Shown here piece after piece: positions 54,069-63,204 of a stretch of 64,000 bases of DNA. The stretch comes from Candidatus Latescibacterota bacterium (lineage in GTDB: Bacteria; Latescibacterota; UBA2968; UBA8231). The stretch lies in the NCBI GenBank assembly GCA_029941565.1, contig JAPYRN010000019.1, forward strand, positions 4,228 to 68,227, given 5' to 3'. Numbering within the stretch: the stretch's first letter is position 1; each line of letters starts with the position of its first letter. The translations under genes were made by a program, and so were the position numbers. Below the pieces are notes generated by a model that was given only the letters and a program-made list of their open reading frames with translations, was not told the origin of the DNA and ran no database searches.

Positions 54069-54425
54069 ATGTTGTCGACCCAAGTGCCGGCCCCAGGATG
54101 GGCGCTTATCACCATGGAGTCACCGCGCGAGAGCGTCAACAGGAACTATATGCAGCAGGATCAGTTTCTCCGCCAGTTGTCGCTGTCCCTGTCGATCCCC
54201 TCCCACCTCGTCAGGCGCCGATCCATGGTCGAGTCCCTCTATGATCTGATCGTTGGTGAAGTCGTGCTGGGCCAGCAGCTGCAGCGCGCAACCCTGGACT
54301 GGACATCATCGACACCGACCAAGAACGACTACGTCTGCGTCTACTATCCGGAAGAAGGCATCCGGGGCAGGGATCTGTCACGAATCACACGTCACCAGTC
54401 CCTTGGGGTCACTCCCAACTGGTAA
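54069..54425 (+). CDS. Hypothetical protein (118 aa)
   Basis: Its stop TAA (54423-54425) lies 1 nt before the hemE ATG (54427), suggesting translational coupling. The N-terminal boundary is uncertain. Confidence 0.4.
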   Translation: MLSTQVPAPGWALITMESPRESVNRNYMQQDQFLRQLSLSLSIPSHLVRRRSMVESLYDLIVGEVVLGQQLQRATLDWTSSTPTKNDYVCVYYPEEGIRGRDLSRITRHQSLGVTPNW

Positions 54426-54426
54426 T

Positions 54427-55458
54427 ATGACGACGGACGAACCACTATTTCTCGCCGCCTGTCGAGGCCAGGTGACGCCACGACGTCCGATCTGGTTGAT
54501 GCGTCAGGCTGGACGAATTCTGGCGCCTTATCGGCAACTCAAGGAGCAGGTCGGCAGCATCGAGCGCATGTTCCGAGATCCTGAGATTGCCACCAAGGTA
54601 ACCCTCATGCCGGTGGAAATGCTTGGGGTTGACGCGGCGATTCTGTTCGCCGACATCTTCACACCCGTCGACCCCATGGGCTGCAGCGTTACCTTCAATC
54701 CCGGGCCGGTGCTCGAATTTCACGTCTCCGGGCCAGAGGATGTGGCACGCCTGAGCACCTTCGACTCGGAGAGTGAGTTGTCACACGTGGCCGACACGAT
54801 CGGTCGCATCCGCAGTCAACTGCCGGACTCCGTTCCCCTCATAGGCTTCGCCGGTTCGCCCTTTACACTGGCCACATACATGGCCGAGACCGGGGATCGC
54901 GGGCGGGAATTCACCGGCCTGCAACGATTGCTGCACACCGACTCAGCCACCGCCCTCGCCCTCATCGACAAACTTACCGAGGTCGCCATCGACTACCTGT
55001 CGATGCAGGTCAGCGCCGGTGCCCAGGCATTGCAGTTGTTCGACACCTGGATCGGCAGCCTGTCTTTGCCAGACTTCGAGAGCATTGCCTTGCCGCGGCT
55101 GCAACGAATCTTCAGCCACCTGTCAACCCTAGGCGTGCCCACCATCTATTACGCCAATAATGCCGCCCATCTGATCACCGCCCTCGATCGGGTTGGTGCC
55201 GATGTACTCAGTGTTGACTGGCGTGTCGATCTGGAGGACCTGTTTGCGCGCAAGCCAGGTCGTGCGGTGCAGGGAAACCTCGATCCTCTGGCATTGTTCG
55301 GTCATCCAGACGCCGTCGAGACTACGGCTCGAGAGCTGCTACATCGTACCGACGGACATCCCCATATCTTCAACTTGGGCCACGGGGTACATCCCGAAAC
55401 ACCATACGACAACGTCGTCCGGCTGGTGAACACCGTGAAGGGTCACTGCCCGGGTTAG
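54427..55458 (+). CDS. hemE: Uroporphyrinogen decarboxylase
   Basis: ORF 54253..55458. The realistic start is ATG 54427 (MTTDEPLFLAACRGQVTPRRPIWLMRQAGRILAPYR), the canonical HemE N-terminus. Confidence 0.9.
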   Translation: MTTDEPLFLAACRGQVTPRRPIWLMRQAGRILAPYRQLKEQVGSIERMFRDPEIATKVTLMPVEMLGVDAAILFADIFTPVDPMGCSVTFNPGPVLEFHVSGPEDVARLSTFDSESELSHVADTIGRIRSQLPDSVPLIGFAGSPFTLATYMAETGDRGREFTGLQRLLHTDSATALALIDKLTEVAIDYLSMQVSAGAQALQLFDTWIGSLSLPDFESIALPRLQRIFSHLSTLGVPTIYYANNAAHLITALDRVGADVLSVDWRVDLEDLFARKPGRAVQGNLDPLALFGHPDAVETTARELLHRTDGHPHIFNLGHGVHPETPYDNVVRLVNTVKGHCPG

Positions 55459-55480
55459 GACAATAGGCGAGGAGTGTAAC

Positions 55481-55771
55481 GTGCCCGAAAAGAGCGACGG
55501 TAGTCCGGAGAGGGGCGACGAGAAAGATGGGCGCAAGCGTCCACCGGAACCCATTGAAAAGGGTGTCACACGACGCCACACGTTCTTCTGTGTAGACCGC
55601 AAACGTCACGCCGAAAAAACGGTGATGATCGAGGCGCTGCCGAAGACGATTTCCGTTTTCGGGCGCAAGGTGGAAGGATGGATCATCACGACGGAAGTTC
55701 CCGTCATCGACAAGACGATCACTCTCGCCGAATCGCTGGAAGGCGTCGGCCTCCAGCACGACACTGAGTAG
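55481..55771 (+). CDS. Hypothetical protein (96 aa)
   Basis: GTG start with GAGGAG 6 nt upstream. The globular-looking C-terminal half is HTFFCVDRKRHAEKTVMIEALPKTISVFGRKVEGWIITTEVPVIDK. No family recognised. Confidence 0.45.
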   Translation: MPEKSDGSPERGDEKDGRKRPPEPIEKGVTRRHTFFCVDRKRHAEKTVMIEALPKTISVFGRKVEGWIITTEVPVIDKTITLAESLEGVGLQHDTE

Positions 55772-55834
55772 CCCTAGCGGTCCGTGATAAAGTCGCTCTG
55801 ATGGCCATAGCCCGCAGGGCTCATTAACGGACTG

Positions 55835-56308
55835 CTATGGGTGCCAGCTCCATTCGAGCGTCTCTTCTCGCCAGCGCGCCCAACGCTCCGGTTCCGAGTC
55901 CAACTCAACGCCGGGTGTCATGAACTCCCCCTTGAAGTCACGGCGACCGTCATATCGAGGAGACAGCACGGGGAACTCCTTGCCGATCATATCGGCAACG
56001 CGCTTCTGGATCCCCTTTGCATGATAGGCAAGGATTCTCTCCGTCTCCTCGCGACCCGCATCCGACAGATGCTGTGCCATGGGTGAACTGATCCAGAACT
56101 CAAAGCGGACCTGGTTGCTATCGGTAAGGGCTACCGACACTCGATAGGCGGGATAACTGAGTCCCAGGCCAAGGATTTGCAGGCGCAGGTCGAGCCAGCC
56201 CCCCTCCGTGACCTGACGGGGCAACGCCAGATCGTCCCCACGCAGCTCGGCCAGCGTCGGTGTCGAGGCCAACAACAGCAGGACACCCGCCAGCATAGCA
56301 GCGACCAT
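55835..56308 (-). CDS. Secreted hypothetical protein
   Basis: ORF 55835..56386. The likely start is ATG 56308 (MVAAMLAGVLLLLASTPTLAELRG), giving a signal peptide. The ATG overlaps the upstream CBS gene stop by 1 nt (TGATG). Confidence 0.55.
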   Translation of the reverse strand: MVAAMLAGVLLLLASTPTLAELRGDDLALPRQVTEGGWLDLRLQILGLGLSYPAYRVSVALTDSNQVRFEFWISSPMAQHLSDAGREETERILAYHAKGIQKRVADMIGKEFPVLSPRYDGRRDFKGEFMTPGVELDSEPERWARWREETLEWSWHP

Positions 56309-56865
56309 CAACCTGCCTCGGGCCGGGCGAAATTCTCTTCCATGAAGTGAATGATATCTCGTAGCGATACGATACCGACCGGGCACCCATCGTCGTCGAC
56401 GAGAGGTACATGACGAAAACCGTGGATCGCCATCAGATGCAGAGCACGGCTGATGGGATCGGCCGGCCTCAGGGCCGTCGGTTGCGACGTCATCAGACTC
56501 TCCACGGGAACATTGTCGAGATTCTCGATGAGACCCGCAACTTTATAAAGTACATCCCGCTCGGTGAAGATACCGGCGAGCTCCCCACCAAGACCAGTGA
56601 CCAGGACGCAGCCGACGTTACGGCCCTTGAGACGGGCAATCGCTTCACCGAGGCTGGCGCCACGCTCGATGGTTTCCGGCAGTCTCGGACTCAGGCACAG
56701 CAAGGGCTGCATCAGAGCCGTGGACTCACCCTCTGCGAGAACTGCGTCGTCGACGATGATACTCTGACCGCATTCCTCACAGACGTCCGCACCCGCCATA
56801 TTGTCATGGCCGCAGGCCAGACATTGCACATCATCACTTGTGATATCGCTGGTTCTCGACTCCAT
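56308..56865 (-). CDS. Zinc-ribbon plus CBS-pair domain protein
   Basis: The N-terminal CLACGHDNMAGADVCEECG is a CxxC-x10-CxxC ribbon. It is followed by two CBS motifs (GCVLVTGLGGELAGIFTERDVL and HVPLVDDDGCPVGIVSLRDII). Confidence 0.8.
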   Translation of the reverse strand: MESRTSDITSDDVQCLACGHDNMAGADVCEECGQSIIVDDAVLAEGESTALMQPLLCLSPRLPETIERGASLGEAIARLKGRNVGCVLVTGLGGELAGIFTERDVLYKVAGLIENLDNVPVESLMTSQPTALRPADPISRALHLMAIHGFRHVPLVDDDGCPVGIVSLRDIIHFMEENFARPEAG

Positions 56866-56880
56866 TCTCTCCTTCTTTCG

Positions 56881-57897
56881 CTACTCGACGACCCAGGTAT
56901 CGCTGCTGTGTAACAGGCCGGCGAGGTCAGCGTCTCGGGCGGAGCGTGCCTCTGTCACTTGCTCTGTTAACATCTCGGTGTATGACGGGCGATCTACGGA
57001 CCGAAGAATGCCGAAAGGTTGTGGAAACTCCGGGTGCAACATGCGACTGAGCATGTAGGCGTAGCTCGTGTTCTCCATATCTTGCCGATGCACGGCCAAC
57101 TCCGACTCGTCGACGCCATTGCCCAGTTGCACAATTTCGGGAATCATGCCACGGACGCGCACCCCCTTGTCCCGATCCTTGCCAAAGATCAACGGCTCAC
57201 CGTCTTCCAGGAACAACGTATTGTCGTCACGCACCTCGCGCTCTGTCGTGGGTTCCCAGGCCGTCGGGTTGTAGACGACGCAGTTCTGGAAGATTTCGAC
57301 AAAGGCGGTGCCACGATGCGCTGCGGCTTGCCGCAGGATCTCCTGCAGATGTTTGGTGTTCGTATCCTGCGTACGGGCGACGAATGTGGCCTCGGCGCCG
57401 ATGGCGACGGAGAGGGGGTTGAGCGGATAATCGATGGAACCCATGGGTGAGGACTTGGTCCGGTGTCCACCCAACGAGGTAGGAGAATACTGGCCCTTTG
57501 TCAGACCGTAAATCCGATTGTTGAAGAGGATGATCTTGACGTCCACGTTGCGCCGGATGCAATGCATCAGGTGATTGCCACCGATGGAAAGACCGTCACC
57601 GTCCCCGGTGATGACCCAAACCGACAGATCCGGGTTCACGCACTTGAGACCGGTAGCGATCGTTGGCGCGCGTCCATGGATCGAATGCACCCCATAGGTA
57701 TTCATGTAGTATGGAAATCGACTCGAGCAGCCAATTCCCGAGATAAAGACGATCTGCTCACGCGCAACGCCGATCTCGGGTAGCACTTTCTGCATCTGTG
57801 CCAGAATCGCATAGTCACCACACCCCGGGCACCAGCGGACCTCTTGGTCGGAGACAAAATCCTTGCGCGAGAGTGCGGCTTCGGCGGTCTGCGTCAT
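56881..57897 (-). CDS. korB: 2-oxoacid:ferredoxin oxidoreductase, beta (TPP-binding) subunit
   Basis: 338 aa with RWCPGCGDYAIL, GIGCSSRFPYY and GDGDGLSIGGNH, the TPP-binding GDG motif. Confidence 0.9.
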   Translation of the reverse strand: MTQTAEAALSRKDFVSDQEVRWCPGCGDYAILAQMQKVLPEIGVAREQIVFISGIGCSSRFPYYMNTYGVHSIHGRAPTIATGLKCVNPDLSVWVITGDGDGLSIGGNHLMHCIRRNVDVKIILFNNRIYGLTKGQYSPTSLGGHRTKSSPMGSIDYPLNPLSVAIGAEATFVARTQDTNTKHLQEILRQAAAHRGTAFVEIFQNCVVYNPTAWEPTTEREVRDDNTLFLEDGEPLIFGKDRDKGVRVRGMIPEIVQLGNGVDESELAVHRQDMENTSYAYMLSRMLHPEFPQPFGILRSVDRPSYTEMLTEQVTEARSARDADLAGLLHSSDTWVVE

Positions 57898-57930
57898 CGG
57901 GTTGGTTTCTGTCTTTGCGTTATGTATGGG

Positions 57931-59823
57931 TCAATCAAGGATGGAGCGGATCTTGTCGACGATCTCGCGAATCTTAAATGGCTGGCCCTGGACCTTGTTC
58001 AATGGCACCACACGAATCGGGAATTTCGCCTGCAACAGAAGCGACAACTGGCCCAGGTTGAGTTCGGGTACCAGAACCTGACGATATCGTCCAAGGACAT
58101 TGCCAAGATTTCGGGGAAATGGGTTCAGATAGCGCAGATGGGCACTGGCGACGGAGTGCCCTTCCCGCTGCATAAGCTCTGTGGCGGAGCGGATTGCACC
58201 ACAGGTCCCCCCCCACCCCATGACGAGGAGATCCCCCTGCTCGGGGCCGTTGACCTCAAGCTCAGGAATGAAATCGGCAATTCGTGCGACCTTCTCGGCT
58301 CGCGTCTTGATCATATGCTCGTTGTCTATCGGATCATAGGAGACATTGCCACTGCCGTCCTGTTTTCCGAGGCCACCGATCCTGTGCTCCAGACCCGGCG
58401 TACCAGGCACGACCCAAGGCCGGGCCAACGTCTCCGGATCACGCATGTACGGCTGGTATCCCTTCGGGTCGGTTCGATGTTCGATCTCGATTGGTGGGAT
58501 CGCATCGACATCGGGAATCTGCCACGGTTCGGAATTATTGGCCACGTAACCGTCGGAGAGCAGATAGACGGGCGTCATCGAACGCAGGGCGATGCGGCAT
58601 GCCTCGATGGCCATATCAAAGCAGTCCCCCGAAGTAGCGGCGGCAACGATGGGCACAGGACACTCGCCATTGCGCCCAAAGAACATCTCCAGCAGATCCG
58701 CCTGTTCTGTCTTGGTCGGCAAACCGGTACTAGGTCCGCCGCGTTGCACATTGACGATCACCATCGGCAATTCGAGCACGACGGCGAGACCGATTCCCTC
58801 GCTCTTCAACGCGATCCCTGGCCCACTCGATGCCGTCGCCGCCAAGGCGCCACCGAAAGCACCACCGATAACGGAACCGATGGCGGCGATCTCGTCCTCG
58901 GCCTGGAATGTGCGCACGTCAAAATGTTTGAGTGCAGCCAATCCCTCAAGGATGGGACTGGCAGGTGTGATGGGGTAGCTGCCGTAGAACAGTGGTTTGT
59001 TCGCCTTGCGAGCGGCCGTGACCAGCCCCAGCACGATCGCCTCGTTGCCGGTGATTCGCCGGTATGTCCCTGGCGGCACTTCGGTACGACTCGGTACCGA
59101 GATTCGCCCAGAGAATGACTCGGTGGTCTCGCCGTAGGCGTATCCGGCTTTCAAGGCTCGCGTATTTGCTTCGACCACCTGTGGCCGTTTGGCGAACTTC
59201 TTCTGGTAGAAATTGAGTGTGCTGTCGAGGGGCCGATCGAAGAGCCAGAACACGAGCCCAAGGGCGAAGCCGTTCTTGCAGAGATCCTTCTGCTGGTTTG
59301 TCATGTCCTCGACACCCTGCAGGGCGGCACGCGTCAGCGTCGTCAGTGACACACGGTGCACTTCATACCCCCGCAATGCATCCGGGTTGTCGAGTGGATT
59401 CCCTTCGTACCCCGCCTTGCGCAGATTGTTGCGCGTGAAGGCATCGTCATTGACGATGATCACCCCACCAGGCTGAAGATCTTCGAGATTGGCCGCCAGC
59501 GCTGCCGGGTTCATCGCCACCAGCACCTGTGGCTCATCTCCGGAGGTGTAAATGTCGTTGGAAGAAAAATTTACCTGAAACCCTGACAGGCCTGGGATGG
59601 TCCCCACAGGCGCCCGGATTTCGGCGGGAAAGTCAGGAAAGGTGGAGACATCGTTGCCAAGAATAGCAGACGTGTTGGTGAACTGGTCTCCCGTGAGTTG
59701 CATGCCATCGCCGGAATCTCCAGAAAATCGAATGACCACGGACTCTTGCTCACTGAGAGTCTGTTGGTGAATCTCACTCCGTTCACTCACGTCGGGCTTG
59801 TCGCTGGCCGGTGTTTCGGCCAT
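57931..59823 (-). CDS. korA: 2-oxoacid:ferredoxin oxidoreductase, alpha subunit (fused gamma-alpha type)
   Basis: 630 aa. The N-terminal gamma-like domain has VVIRFSGDSGDGMQLTG. The alpha domain has GNEAIVLGLVTAA...YPITPAS and TSGPGIALKSE. Confidence 0.9.
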   Translation of the reverse strand: MAETPASDKPDVSERSEIHQQTLSEQESVVIRFSGDSGDGMQLTGDQFTNTSAILGNDVSTFPDFPAEIRAPVGTIPGLSGFQVNFSSNDIYTSGDEPQVLVAMNPAALAANLEDLQPGGVIIVNDDAFTRNNLRKAGYEGNPLDNPDALRGYEVHRVSLTTLTRAALQGVEDMTNQQKDLCKNGFALGLVFWLFDRPLDSTLNFYQKKFAKRPQVVEANTRALKAGYAYGETTESFSGRISVPSRTEVPPGTYRRITGNEAIVLGLVTAARKANKPLFYGSYPITPASPILEGLAALKHFDVRTFQAEDEIAAIGSVIGGAFGGALAATASSGPGIALKSEGIGLAVVLELPMVIVNVQRGGPSTGLPTKTEQADLLEMFFGRNGECPVPIVAAATSGDCFDMAIEACRIALRSMTPVYLLSDGYVANNSEPWQIPDVDAIPPIEIEHRTDPKGYQPYMRDPETLARPWVVPGTPGLEHRIGGLGKQDGSGNVSYDPIDNEHMIKTRAEKVARIADFIPELEVNGPEQGDLLVMGWGGTCGAIRSATELMQREGHSVASAHLRYLNPFPRNLGNVLGRYRQVLVPELNLGQLSLLLQAKFPIRVVPLNKVQGQPFKIREIVDKIRSILD

Positions 59824-59858
59824 CCATCCTCCTCTTATTGGTCGGATTGAGCATCAGG

Positions 59859-60329
59859 TCAGGCCCCCTCCCGAGTACGTGGAATCATCTCAGGATCGGG
59901 GGGCAGGTTGTAGACTTCGCGGGGAAAATGATCGGTCAGAAAACGAATCACGGCGTGTTGGCCGAGGTTGCCTGCAGTCCGCCCATCGGCGTCGAGCACG
60001 GGCACATGACGAAAGTGTCCGGCATTCATGAATTGAAGCGCGTGACCCACCGTGTCGTCCGGGAAGACGGTCTGGGGCTGAGCCGTCATGTGATTACGAA
60101 CCGCGTCCCGCAGACGGGAGGGTTCGTCGGCGATCTTTAGCAGGACATCACGCTCGGTGAAGATTCCGATCAGATGGCCATCCTCGTCCTCGATGAGGGC
60201 GGCGGAGGCGCGCTCATCGCGCATGCGGGCCAGTACATCGCTGACGGAAACATCGGCGAGAATACCGATGGAACCACTCAGGTCCAAATGCGAGATTCGC
60301 GCTTCGTGCAACGCCTGTACGAGACTCAT
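59859..60329 (-). CDS. CBS-pair domain protein
   Basis: 156 aa with two CBS motifs (ALIEDEDGHLIGIFTERDVLLKI and HVPVLDADGRTAGNLGQHAVIRFL). Confidence 0.8.
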   Translation of the reverse strand: MSLVQALHEARISHLDLSGSIGILADVSVSDVLARMRDERASAALIEDEDGHLIGIFTERDVLLKIADEPSRLRDAVRNHMTAQPQTVFPDDTVGHALQFMNAGHFRHVPVLDADGRTAGNLGQHAVIRFLTDHFPREVYNLPPDPEMIPRTREGA

Positions 60330-60380
60330 TCCACCCCCTGGAAGATCACTCTACAAAATATAACTGGCCCCTTGTAATCG

Positions 60381-62552
60381 TCAAGAAAACGATGCGTCAA
60401 GAGAGACGATTGCGTCGGCATGCCGGGCCAACCTGCCAGGGGCATCGGTGATGAGGACGCTCGCACCAAGCGCCACCAATCTGTGCAGAGTATTGATGAC
60501 ATGTACCACAGCCACTTCGTCACAGCCGGCAACGGGACGATCGACGAGTACCAGGTCACCATGACGCACACCTGCCTGGTGCCGTGTCAGACGCGCCAAC
60601 AACCGCTCAACGGGATCCAGATCCGCAGATACGGTATCGAGAGGGCGTCTGCCCAACCCGCAACGTGATGCGAGCTTGAGAAGCTGACTTATGGCGCGCT
60701 CGCGGCCAAAGTGGGCACCCGCCTCGGTGACCGTCATCGAATACGCTTCAGCGATGGAGAGGCCGTGAGCGGTCACAGCCAAGATCTCGTCACGGAAGCG
60801 CCGGCCCCGGCACCGGGCGCAGACCACCTCGACATCCTCCACGAGATCCAGTCTATGGCGGATCAGCCCCAACCCTTGGCAACCTTCGCAACGACCACCC
60901 GGTTTTTGCAGCAGAAAGTGGTCGGTGCCCAATCCGGCTTCGCGGGCAACGGGTGCGTCGGCAAATAGACGCGCCAGCGCTCGTGGCAATCCCATCAGAT
61001 CGGCCAGACCACTTCCCTCCTGCCTACTTTTCGACTCGTCATCTGTCACTTCGATGACACGGCGCACGGCTGGCGCCCCGACACGACGCAGAGCGGACCG
61101 CTTACCTGACAGCTGCGCAGAGATCAGCTGCAACAGCCGCGTTTTTCCAGTACCACTGCTGCCGGTGACGACGACCAGCCTGTTCAGTGGCACGACGATC
61201 CGGGCGGCCGGAACTGGGACCTCATTCTCAGCCGCTGGTGCGACGATGAGGTCTTCGATGCCGCCGTCCACAGGTGCGGGTCCCACACCGGCCAGCAGGG
61301 CATCGGCGGGACCTGCCGTGCCAAGGCCGACCACCTCGTCGGCCCACGCTGCGGTGCTTGTGTCACCATCGACGACGACGACGGAAGCGCCCTCATCGAC
61401 GAGCATCCGCAAGCCCTTCTGCACGAGACGACTGGTGGCCTCGTCGAGGGCGGAGGGTGGGGAGAGCACGACATGGAGTACTCCAGTCAGTCCCGTCACC
61501 CGGGTGGCGGCGATATCGAGCAACAACTGCTCGCCATGGGCGAGGTCGGTGAGCGAACGCCACAGAGGAAGCGCCCCCAAAGACAGTTCCTGGCAGATTT
61601 CACCTGCACGGCGCAGGCGCCTGCCTTCGCCACTCTCGGTCTGATCCAGTACGCCGCCGACGAGATCGCGCAGTCGCAACCCGGCCATGGCAACCATATC
61701 GTCGCTGCCATGCAACTCAACCGACGTGCCGATCGATTCACCACGAACCAGACGGTCCCAATCCGGCTCGTCGCTGGGCCGTCCGCAGTCGACACACGCG
61801 CGGCGGGAATCGATCCAGACCTGATCGGTTTCACCCACCAACAACGTGCGACCCGCCGCGATCGCCCTCGCCGTCCGCACCGCCTCTCCCAGTCTGCTGC
61901 GAGTGCGCCCCGATGGCGACAGCCGGTCAACGACGACCTGCAGGAGGCCATCCGTCGTCCACGTTGCACCCTCTTCAGGCGCGTCCAGCCGGCGGACCTG
62001 CCCATCGATCCGAAGTCTGAGGAAACCGGCACGCTCGAGCTCGCCAAGCACACCTTCAACGGCCTCCGGTTCGAGCGCCATGGGCGCCACGACAAGGACC
62101 GACTCGCCTGCGAAACGCAGTTCGACGAGGTCCTGGACATCCTCTTCATGAAAAGCGATACAAGAGCCATTGCAGTGCTCGCATGAGACTCGTGAACTGG
62201 CACGCAAGACACGCGCCATGTCGGCGGGCAAATGTAGCCGCGAGGCGACGGTCGCCGCACCGCCGAAGGGCGCTGGCAGTGGTTGCGCCGGGGGCAGTCC
62301 GAGGATGCCGTCGACGGCGGCTTGCGTACCGATACCGCCGATGCGCTCCCTCTCAAAGGGTGTCAGAGACAACAGATATCGACGACGACTCTCGCCCAGC
62401 AAGACCCGCTCGGCGAGAGCTCGTGCACCAGATCCGGTGGCACCCGCGAGACAGACGAGGCGGCGTAGGGGCAGTCGCACATCGATTCCGTCCAGGCCTG
62501 CCTCCCGCACGCCGAGCAGTTCGATCCTGGCTCCGGTTCCGTTCGTCGTCAT
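60381..62552 (-). CDS. UvrA-like ABC-fold protein with degenerate ATPase motifs (short paralogue)
   Basis: ORF 60381..62720. The likely start is ATG 62552 (MTTNGTGARIELLGV). It is collinear with UvrA. GATGSGARALAERVLLGESRRRYLLSLTPFERE compares with UvrA [33 protein letters not shown]. The C-terminal zinc module CEGCQGLGLIRHRLDLVEDVEVVCARCRGRRF is retained. It has about 723 aa, against roughly 940 in UvrA. Confidence 0.75.
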   Translation of the reverse strand: MTTNGTGARIELLGVREAGLDGIDVRLPLRRLVCLAGATGSGARALAERVLLGESRRRYLLSLTPFERERIGGIGTQAAVDGILGLPPAQPLPAPFGGAATVASRLHLPADMARVLRASSRVSCEHCNGSCIAFHEEDVQDLVELRFAGESVLVVAPMALEPEAVEGVLGELERAGFLRLRIDGQVRRLDAPEEGATWTTDGLLQVVVDRLSPSGRTRSRLGEAVRTARAIAAGRTLLVGETDQVWIDSRRACVDCGRPSDEPDWDRLVRGESIGTSVELHGSDDMVAMAGLRLRDLVGGVLDQTESGEGRRLRRAGEICQELSLGALPLWRSLTDLAHGEQLLLDIAATRVTGLTGVLHVVLSPPSALDEATSRLVQKGLRMLVDEGASVVVVDGDTSTAAWADEVVGLGTAGPADALLAGVGPAPVDGGIEDLIVAPAAENEVPVPAARIVVPLNRLVVVTGSSGTGKTRLLQLISAQLSGKRSALRRVGAPAVRRVIEVTDDESKSRQEGSGLADLMGLPRALARLFADAPVAREAGLGTDHFLLQKPGGRCEGCQGLGLIRHRLDLVEDVEVVCARCRGRRFRDEILAVTAHGLSIAEAYSMTVTEAGAHFGRERAISQLLKLASRCGLGRRPLDTVSADLDPVERLLARLTRHQAGVRHGDLVLVDRPVAGCDEVAVVHVINTLHRLVALGASVLITDAPGRLARHADAIVSLDASFS

Positions 62553-62737
62553 GGGTGGAGTTGACGCGGGGACCCATTCACCCGCTTCTTGGCGCTGTCC
62601 TGGAAAAGGAGTTCGTGATGATGATGACAATGAATTGCGGGATGTGGCTGATCCTGTTCGGGTTGATCGTACCCCAAGCACGGATCGACGCAGCGACAAT
62701 GGTCCCTTCCGCCACGACATTCTCGACAGCGTGTTGA

Positions 62738-63204
62738 CGCAGCGCGTGGACGACTCGTTTGAGTCTCAATGATATCGAGAATCGAATTGTCCGACCTGAA
62801 TTTCACGATCCCCGCGTGCACTTTGCCCTTAATTGCGGCGCCGCCAGCTGCCCTGCGCTGGACAATCGTGCTTTTCACGGGGCGAAACTCGAAACCCATC
62901 TCGACCGGCAGACCAAGATTCGCCGCCGATCCCGCCCACGTGCTGGCAGCAGGGCCGTCTGTATCTGTCCAGTATCCTCGACTGGTATGGCCAGGACTTC
63001 GTCGATTGGTTCCCGAGCGATGCCGTAGCCGAAGAAGGCCTGACCGAAGAAGACCGGGACTGGACGGTAGTCGATTATCTGCGGTTGTACGGGCCTCAAA
63101 AGTTGGTCCGACAATTGCCGGACAACGCCGACGGCACCATCGAGTTCAACGAATACGACTGGGCTCTGAACGCGTGTGTCCTTCAGAGGAAGAAGGGGTT
63201 GTGA
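62738..63204 (+). pseudogene. DUF547-family gene remnant with one or more frameshifts
   Basis: Frame A reads LSLNDIENRIVRPEFHDPRVHFALNCGAASCPALDNRAFHGAKLETHLDRQTK. A second frame reads FAADPAHV. A third frame reads GRLYLSSILDWYGQDF...IEFNEYDWALN and stops at 63204. Together these reproduce the DUF547 motif order. Possible N-terminal remnants lie upstream (about 62610-62737) in other frames. Confidence 0.6.

Noticed and set aside
57844-59118. 424-aa plus-strand ORF
   Set aside because: It is antisense to korA, which has unambiguous family motifs. The shadow ORF is Arg/Gly/His-rich with no recognisable domain.
60381-62552. Calling this gene uvrA
   Set aside because: The Walker A Lys of site I and the catalytic Glu of both sites are substituted, and the protein is about 200 aa short. 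I annotated it only as UvrA-like.
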